From: an uncultured Thermoplasmata archaeon
Lineage (GTDB): Archaea; Thermoplasmatota; Thermoplasmata; UBA10834
Direction: 5' to 3'
Length of the DNA: 64,000 nucleotides
Assembly: GCA_963719945.1 (NCBI GenBank)
Contig: CAVRDX010000004.1
Coordinates: 320,001 to 384,000 of the forward strand
In this document: piece by piece, positions 57,008-64,000 of the stretch
How positions within the stretch are numbered: the stretch's first letter is position 1
Layout of the letters: each line of letters opens with the position of its first letter
Notes under the pieces: model-generated
Told to the model about the DNA's origin: nothing
Databases searched by the model: none
What the model saw: only the letters and a program-made list of their open reading frames with translations
Program-made: the position numbers and the translations under genes

Positions 57008-58021
57008 ATGATGTCTCTTCCGGACCGGATCTTATCCTTGATCGACCGTATGTTACCTCTCGATAGTTCTCGAAGGAAGGTTCTTCGGATCGTATCTATC
57101 ATCCTCTTCATTGAAGGTCTATCTGTCATCGTATTGTTCTCTTATGTCGGGCTCATCATGGGTGTGGTATCCCTCGTGATTGGCCTACTATTGATGATTC
57201 TGCTACATAGGCCGCCTGAACCTGCGCCAGAGGTTGACCAGGATTCTCCAGGGATCCGCCTGATTGACTCCTTCCTTAGAATTTTAGGCGGCGATTATGT
57301 CGTAATGTTGCTCGGCGCATTTTTGATTCTAATCGTTATGATTTACAACATGTATGTGTCGCCGAGACCGGAGTTCGGAGACACAGACACGCTCTCGATT
57401 CTCTTCGGTGCCATGCTCCTGGTATATCCCGTGATTGCTCCCAGGATGAAATTGGAGGCATCGTTCGCTATCATCTTCATAGGTTTCGTAGTCCTCTTCC
57501 TAGTCATTCCTCAGATAATCATGTCAGCGACCGCGGATGGACAGACGACCTCGTCGATCGGCAACTGGTATGTCCATTACATGCTTGCGGCTCCGTTCTC
57601 TGGAATGCTCGATCTCATCGGGGTGCAATCGAGTTCGGTCGGCAATTTCGTGACGATCGTATTCCAGGACGGCAGCATGCACACGCTCGAGATATCCGCT
57701 TATTGTGCAGGGCTTTATTCGTTCTCCATATTCATTTCCGCATTCTTCGCATTCGTTCTGGTGTTTGAGAGGATGTCTAGGAGAATGCTCACATCGGTGC
57801 TCTTGCTCGGACTGTTCATCGCCTATCTAGGGAATCTGATCAGGATGGTCGTGATCGGTCTCGTCGGATACTACTGGGGATTGGATGCACTGCATTGGAC
57901 CCATGAGAATGTCGGGTGGGTGATTTTCCTCGCATGGTCGTCGTTGTTTTGGTGGGTGATACTCGGATACACCTCAAGACATTCGGAAGATCGACCAGCG
58001 CATGACACCGAAGCCAATTAA
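57008..58021 (+). CDS. Archaeosortase/exosortase family transpeptidase
   Basis: Catalytic-type Cys (ISAYCAGLYS), Arg (GNLIRM) and His (HENVGW) in a multi-TM protein. Confidence 0.88.
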   Translation: MMSLPDRILSLIDRMLPLDSSRRKVLRIVSIILFIEGLSVIVLFSYVGLIMGVVSLVIGLLLMILLHRPPEPAPEVDQDSPGIRLIDSFLRILGGDYVVMLLGAFLILIVMIYNMYVSPRPEFGDTDTLSILFGAMLLVYPVIAPRMKLEASFAIIFIGFVVLFLVIPQIIMSATADGQTTSSIGNWYVHYMLAAPFSGMLDLIGVQSSSVGNFVTIVFQDGSMHTLEISAYCAGLYSFSIFISAFFAFVLVFERMSRRMLTSVLLLGLFIAYLGNLIRMVVIGLVGYYWGLDALHWTHENVGWVIFLAWSSLFWWVILGYTSRHSEDRPAHDTEAN

Positions 58022-58065
58022 TACAATCAACGCCTTCGAACCAAATTGCGATTGGACCGATTCCG

Positions 58066-59787
58066 GTGAATCATATTATGACGCTCTTCTCTAAACGAAC
58101 GGTGTTGTTTTTGCTTGTAGCATTGGTAGTCATATCCATCGCTTTCCGATATCCTTTGGTGGAACACGAACGATATCAAACCGATTCATACTACATCCAC
58201 CTCCTATCGGATTCGATTATCAGGGATGGGAGTGCGCCATGGGTGTTTCATCCTCTTTCCTACTTCGGCTATTTCCCGTTCTCATATCCCTCTGGGGTGC
58301 CATTCGTAATATCGGAATTCTCCATGATATCTGGTCTCAACATAGAGTGTTCAATACTGATTTTGGATATGATCATCGCGATGATATTCTGTCTTGGAGT
58401 GTTCATGTTGGCCAGGCAATTCGTCACGAGGTCCGAACATGCTCTCTTCGTGGTGTTCTTCGCTATGCTTGGAGCAAGATTCATTGACACATCCTACTTC
58501 GATGGTAGCGCGCGCGGTCCTATGATAATACTCATCACACTCAGCCTATTCGTGATCTTCCGTGCGAATCAGATGAGATGCTGGAAATTGTACGCACTCG
58601 GTTTTATCTTATGCTTAGGCTGTCTAGCAACCCATCACATGGCTGTCTTATTGATACTCTTCGCCGCCGCATACATGATATCCATTATTTCGACCCACCA
58701 TGTTCCCATGATCCTGCATATCAATAAGCGATTGGCTGTTGTCAGCGCTCATATATTGATATTCATGGGCGTCTTCTCGGTGGCATTTTTGGCGTTCGAC
58801 TTCTTTGGAAACCTTGCATTCAGGAATCTCGAGACCACTTCTCTTTTCGATATCGACCCTCCTACACTCTCCGTGTTGCTGAACATGGCAGCGAGCTATA
58901 CTAATCAGATCGGTTTCATTCTGCCAATTGCGCTAATCGGTCTCGTCTATACTCTGAGGTACTCCAATCTGACGCCAAAAAGCATGTATCCCTTGGGAGT
59001 CTTGATTGCATTCGTCCCCATCCTTGGCAACACTCTGTACGTGTCGATGATCATTGCTCCATTCGTCGCGATTCTCGGGGTTCAGATGATAGATCGGATG
59101 ATGCACGGTCAGGGATTTCGCCGTATGAAACAGATATTTGTGATAGCACTGATCATCGCCACCGTGGCGCTACCCATATTGTCCGTAGATAGATGGAATG
59201 ATGTAGCCTTCTTGAGTGGGGATAAGGTGGAAGTCAGTAACCAGGTCTTCAACGACGCTGCCTACCTTAGAGTCGAAAACGATGGTGATTATGCGATCGC
59301 TAATGTCAACACTCAAACCCTTAGTCTATTCTCTCTCAGCAGGACGAGGTTCCTGAGTTCAGGTATCTACCTAACGATAAATGGTGATTTAACCAGCAAG
59401 GACGTCCGCGATAATATCACCTGGCAATCATCGATTTTTCCTAGCAATCTATACAAATGGTTCGAGTATCCCGACGAGCCCAACGTGGATTCGTATGTTC
59501 GTGGATTGATGACCATCGGTTTGGGTTCCCTGTCCGGACCAAGTAGCTCCAAATCTACGTCGGATTATTTTGCTGCTCACAGCCGATTGATTATCGTGGT
59601 GGACACAAGATGGTCATCCGAGTTCATAACCAGCTATTCGATACTTCCAGCCAACTTTCTATCCGAACTACAGATGAGCCATTCACAATTGAGCACGGAA
59701 GATGGCGATTCATCCAAGACATTCCAGAGCTACTCTTACTACTCAAGTGGAGGAATGACTGCCTATATGGTGCAGCTCCCGCTGTGA
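58066..59787 (+). CDS. Polytopic membrane protein, GT-C/Wzy-like
   Basis: About 12 TM segments, TDSYYIH, HPLSYFG.FP.SYPSG, THH; located in a glycosylation cluster. Confidence 0.6.
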   Translation: MNHIMTLFSKRTVLFLLVALVVISIAFRYPLVEHERYQTDSYYIHLLSDSIIRDGSAPWVFHPLSYFGYFPFSYPSGVPFVISEFSMISGLNIECSILILDMIIAMIFCLGVFMLARQFVTRSEHALFVVFFAMLGARFIDTSYFDGSARGPMIILITLSLFVIFRANQMRCWKLYALGFILCLGCLATHHMAVLLILFAAAYMISIISTHHVPMILHINKRLAVVSAHILIFMGVFSVAFLAFDFFGNLAFRNLETTSLFDIDPPTLSVLLNMAASYTNQIGFILPIALIGLVYTLRYSNLTPKSMYPLGVLIAFVPILGNTLYVSMIIAPFVAILGVQMIDRMMHGQGFRRMKQIFVIALIIATVALPILSVDRWNDVAFLSGDKVEVSNQVFNDAAYLRVENDGDYAIANVNTQTLSLFSLSRTRFLSSGIYLTINGDLTSKDVRDNITWQSSIFPSNLYKWFEYPDEPNVDSYVRGLMTIGLGSLSGPSSSKSTSDYFAAHSRLIIVVDTRWSSEFITSYSILPANFLSELQMSHSQLSTEDGDSSKTFQSYSYYSSGGMTAYMVQLPL

Positions 59788-59900
59788 GCCAACTTCACGT
59801 TCTTTCCCCGCGATTATCGATTCGTAAAACGCTTCGTTTATGCCGGTGACACTATCCTGATTAGTCATCTTATCCTCGATTTTCGGAGGCTTCGCCCTCT

Positions 59901-61082
59901 TTACTGAAGTGCTTCCTCGTATATTCTCTTCAGTTGCCTATTGCGTTCTCCTATGCTGAACCTTCCATTCGTCGCCATTTCGAGGGACTTCCTGGACATC
60001 TTCTCTCTCAGCCTACTGTCGTCTATCAGAGTCCTAAGATGCTCTTCGATTTGATCCACAACAGGTTCGAATATCTTCTCTGATAAGATTGCGCTCCGGT
60101 ACCTCTCCACGCTTCTTTGTGTTCTGACTTGTGGTTGTCCTTCGAATGCGCAGATGGGCGCAGTAATCAGATACCCGTTCATTCCGTGATTGACAATCTC
60201 GCGCTGGGCGTAGACATTAGCTGCAATGATCGGCAGTCCACACGCCATGGCTTCGATGAATACGAAACCAAACACCTCCATGTAGGAGCACATTGCAAAC
60301 ACATCAGCTGCAGGAAAGAACTCTTCTATCAATCGTCTTCTACTTACACCGGGAACGTACCAATTGGCCCATGGCGCCTTGTTGTGTTTCATGAATTCTT
60401 GAAGCGCTTCTTTGTGATGTGGCGGTGCATTGGTCACGATATCCAACGCGATGTCGTATTTTGGCGCGAGCCTCTCAACGGCCCTGTAGATGTCCCTTCC
60501 ACCTTTATCGAAGAAATGGTTCCCAATGAAGAGTATTCTGAACGGTCCGTTATCTCTATCCCTTCGTTGTATGAATCTCTCAGGATTTATCGCGGGATAC
60601 ATTACTTCAAATTTGGATGAGATGGATTCATCCAATTTCATCCCAAAGCACCATTTCAATCCATTGAGCGTGGATTCCGAGAAACATGTGATCTTCTTGC
60701 AGTTGCTGGATCCGAGAGTCTTTCTCAGTATCCATCTTCTCCTTCTGGACGTGTACCATTCATCGTTTAATCCAAAGAACGATGATGGCATGGAGATGGT
60801 AGTGACCCATGGTCTCGGAACTGTTGGGACAAGACCGCTTATCGTATGGATGATGTCTGCCTTCGAAAGCGTTGGGAGAAACCTCGGGATTCCAAGGGCG
60901 TACACTGCTCGGTCCGCGAACTTCTTTGCCTCATCAGGAACCACAAACATTCTTTCTCCGGCAGCCTCTCGATTCTTCTGGACGAAGGCCTGGGCATTGG
61001 AGATGATCTGTACGCTCTCGGGCGGCTCCAGGAATAACGACTCGGCGATGGTGTGGCCGCCTGTCCATACTTGCACTCTCAT
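59901..61082 (-). CDS. Glycosyltransferase family 4 (GT-B)
   Basis: ILFIG...KGG, ADVFAM.S..EVFGFVFIEAMACGLPII. Confidence 0.93.
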   Translation of the reverse strand: MRVQVWTGGHTIAESLFLEPPESVQIISNAQAFVQKNREAAGERMFVVPDEAKKFADRAVYALGIPRFLPTLSKADIIHTISGLVPTVPRPWVTTISMPSSFFGLNDEWYTSRRRRWILRKTLGSSNCKKITCFSESTLNGLKWCFGMKLDESISSKFEVMYPAINPERFIQRRDRDNGPFRILFIGNHFFDKGGRDIYRAVERLAPKYDIALDIVTNAPPHHKEALQEFMKHNKAPWANWYVPGVSRRRLIEEFFPAADVFAMCSYMEVFGFVFIEAMACGLPIIAANVYAQREIVNHGMNGYLITAPICAFEGQPQVRTQRSVERYRSAILSEKIFEPVVDQIEEHLRTLIDDSRLREKMSRKSLEMATNGRFSIGERNRQLKRIYEEALQ

Positions 61083-61477
61083 TCACATCAAATCCCATTC
61101 ATCTGAGAAACACATCGATTGACGATAATTCCGATTCTAAAGCTAATCCGATGTCAATCTCCCCATTCATCGGATTCTCTTCATTGTATCGAATCAATCG
61201 GCTCCCAGATATGGATTTGGATAATTATGCTTTGTCAGGTGCCCTCGTCCACTGTCTTCTCTACAGGACGTGGGTTGAAATCCAACAGTCTTGTCGCAGC
61301 AATCGCGTTCCAATCGCTCTCAGGTCATGACATATTATCGACACTACAAGCCCCAGCCAACAGTATGATCGAAACCCCAACAGCTTCATGCACATTCAGC
61401 CAACCGAAAACTATAACCTATGAACACATGTCCCCTCACAAGCACATTTCCCAGCGAAGCTGTTTGGATGGAAAGTC

Positions 61478-62953
61478 ATGGTGTCGCGACAAGATTCAAG
61501 CATGGGAACGATTGCAAAAGCCTTCACAATCACTGGTTTCGGAATGATAGCTGCAAGCGCTATCGGATTGGTCAAGACGAGAGTCATTGCCACACTCCAG
61601 GGAACCGAAGGAGTAGGACTCCTTGGCCAATTCTTGAGCCTTCACGCCCTGATAGCTGGAATCGCAGCTCTTGGCCTGGGAACGGGGCTCATAAAGTACC
61701 TGAGCCAGTACTTGGAGTCAAATGAATATGACCGGATATCGAAGTCGGTCTCTTCTGCAATAAGCCTCGTGATATGTACCTCGATATCAGCTGCCATCAT
61801 TCTGATTGTTCTCTCCAAATGGATATCATCTCTCCTTGTGGGCGACGATTCTGCCTGGCTATACGTAACCATAATCGCGATTTCCATACCACTCGCATCC
61901 TTGACGACGATATTCAACAGCCTCATCAATGGTGCAAGAGCAATCAAACCTCTTGCGCGCGCCTCAGTGTACTCTCAATTTGTAGCTCTTCTCGTCGCAG
62001 TCCCTGCGGTCTACTTCTTAGGCAAGATTGGCGTGATAATCCAGATTGTAACTGCCGCGGCAATCGTTTTCATCATCAACTTCTCTATCAGCCGAGAGAT
62101 AAAGAAGACCTGGCCTGTCGACATTCGACCTTTTCGATTCGATGCAGAGGAATCCAAGCTCCTCTTACACTATGGGGCAGTCTCCACGCTAACTGGACTG
62201 ATGCTCCCATTGACATTATTGATAACGCAGACCGCCGTGATTCGCCAAGAAGGTCTGTCAGAGAACGGATTATTTACTGCTTCTTGGTCTCTGTTCTGGT
62301 TATATGTTGCATTTGCCACGACCTCGGTCGTCACATACCTGTTTCCCACGATGAGTGCCACGAAGGAGAATCGTGATCTATCCCTGCAGGTGAACAATGG
62401 TGTCAGATTCTTGGCAATCGCTACGACACCCATTTCATGTTTGATTGTCTTGATTCCTGGAACGATTCTAACCCTGCTCTACTCGCCGGAGTTCGCGGAC
62501 GCCTCGTGGTTGCTGCAGATGATGGCTATTGCGGGCGCATTCAGGATCATCTCTTTTCCGATATCTATCACTCTCGTAGCAAAGAAACGTCTGAAGGAAT
62601 ACCTCCCGATAGAAGTCAGTTGGTACCTTGTGTTCGCAGGAGTAGTGATAACACTACTCCCAACCATGGGCATTGAGGCGATTGGCCTTGCAGTGCTCGC
62701 AGCATATATCATCCATACTGTACTATTTGTTGTGTTTGTGAAGAGGATCCTCGGGCTTTTCTATTGGATGAAGAACTGGATAATCCTCACAACGTCAACA
62801 GTCTTGATCATCTCGTTATTCGTCGTGAACATTTATGATCCATTCGTATCCTACGTATTCGGGGCACTGACCGTTCCTATCTGGCTATATTATGCAACTG
62901 ATAAAGCTGAGCGAAGATGGGCAGTATCCAAACTGCTCAGGAAGTCCTCCTAA
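61478..62953 (+). CDS. Oligosaccharide flippase (Wzx/MOP family)
   Basis: LG.GLIKYLSQ, YLFPTMS, LLYSPEF; 12-14 TM segments. Confidence 0.9.
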   Translation: MVSRQDSSMGTIAKAFTITGFGMIAASAIGLVKTRVIATLQGTEGVGLLGQFLSLHALIAGIAALGLGTGLIKYLSQYLESNEYDRISKSVSSAISLVICTSISAAIILIVLSKWISSLLVGDDSAWLYVTIIAISIPLASLTTIFNSLINGARAIKPLARASVYSQFVALLVAVPAVYFLGKIGVIIQIVTAAAIVFIINFSISREIKKTWPVDIRPFRFDAEESKLLLHYGAVSTLTGLMLPLTLLITQTAVIRQEGLSENGLFTASWSLFWLYVAFATTSVVTYLFPTMSATKENRDLSLQVNNGVRFLAIATTPISCLIVLIPGTILTLLYSPEFADASWLLQMMAIAGAFRIISFPISITLVAKKRLKEYLPIEVSWYLVFAGVVITLLPTMGIEAIGLAVLAAYIIHTVLFVVFVKRILGLFYWMKNWIILTTSTVLIISLFVVNIYDPFVSYVFGALTVPIWLYYATDKAERRWAVSKLLRKSS

Positions 62954-63039
62954 TGAATACGAATTGACGATATCAAAGCAATCGCAGGGGCGAAAGGGTT
63001 ATGCGACCATTTGGTATTGAGGGAGACTGAGGACTCGAT

Positions 63040-64000
63040 ATGGCTGCCAAGAGCAAAGGTTCCAGAACGCATTTCAAACCAATACCAATCATGCGACCTT
63101 CTATGCCGCCAATTGAGAACTACATGAAACGAGTCCGAAAGATTTGGGACTGTCGCATGCTCTCCAACTTTGGCGAAAACGCAGCCGAATTGGAGGACGG
63201 GAGCTCGTAAATATCTTGGAAACAAGCATGTACTCTCAGTCTCCAGCTGCGACACCGCTCTGATCCTCGGCCTTGCGGCGCTTCATATACCTCCGGGAAG
63301 CGAATGCATTGTGACCCCGTTCACATTCAACTCGACAATCAATTCCATAATATGGAATGGACTCCGCCCCCGATTTGCAGACATAGATCCATTCACATTC
63401 AATTTATGTCCTGATGAAGTCGAGCGGGCAATCACCGAACAGACTAAGGCAATCGTAGCTACGCATGTCTTTGGAAACCCATGCGACATCAAGGAACTCC
63501 GGAGAATCGCTGATGAACACAACCTTCACCTGGTGTTCGATGCGGCCCACGCATATGGCAGTTTATACAAACGCAAGAAGATTGGCGCGTTCGGTGAAGT
63601 GGAGGCGTTCAGTCTCAGTGGTACCAAGCTCGTTACCGGTGGTGAGGGAGGGCTCTTTGCGACGACAGACGGCGAGCTAGCCGAGAAGTTCAAGTTCTTG
63701 CGCAACTACGGGTTCTACGGAGACTACAGTTCGATCTACGTGGGTTTAAACGGCAAGATGTCCGAACTGAATGCGGCCCTAGCATGCCTCACGATCGAGA
63801 CGATTGAGGATGCGATAGCAAGCCGAAACAGGATTGCCAGCGCATACATGAATGGTCTATGCGACATCGATGGCGTGGCGTTCCAGTCAATAGATGGGCA
63901 GTCTCGGTGCGCATACAAAGACTTCGGTATCCGAATCAAGAAAGGTCGTAATAGGGTTGAGAGGGCGCTCTCAGCGAAGATGATTCAAACGAAACGCTAC
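63040..64000 (+). CDS. DegT/DnrJ/EryC1/StrS sugar aminotransferase (partial; +1 frameshift at 63199-63201)
   Basis: Hand-translated: IPIMRPSMP...LSNFG...ELED(G)ARKYLG...VTPFTF...ADID...THVFGNPC...FDAAHA...FSLSGTK...GEGG. Confidence 0.9.

Noticed and set aside
61119-61477. 142-aa ORF or ncRNA between GT4 and the flippase
   Set aside because: No motifs, RBS or clear structure; most likely a divergent promoter region.

Overview
Archaeal chromosomal segment, most consistent with a Thermoplasmata-type genome (inference from rpoK-rps2-MEMO1 order, PurP, Nep1, two-subunit RPA, Trm112, DUF835, BRE/TATA promoters and GGAGGTGA ribosome-binding sites). It is gene-dense (about 60 CDS) and I found no rRNA, tRNA, CRISPR array or recognisable mobile element. 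Housekeeping genes are interleaved with cell-envelope loci: an S-layer-like protein next to nucleotide-sugar enzymes, an S8 protease, Kelch, Asp-rich and PKD surface proteins, and an archaeosortase plus polysaccharide cluster at the right end. The best candidate for an undescribed system is at 9.5-13.3 kb. There a CcmF-type heme lyase is divergently paired with a membrane-anchored Reeler/choice-of-anchor-V-like protein carrying an atypical CX3CH heme motif and a DUF2231-like putative b-heme membrane protein. Other points of note: a tusA-dsrE-iscS sulfur relay behind a truncated LarC; a four-gene family of paralogous membrane proteins, three with a zinc ribbon; probable ATA start codons; an S8 protease with a cytoplasmic copper-less cupredoxin-like domain; and five single-base insertions that are most simply explained as consensus sequencing errors. 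All family assignments come from motif recognition, not database searches.
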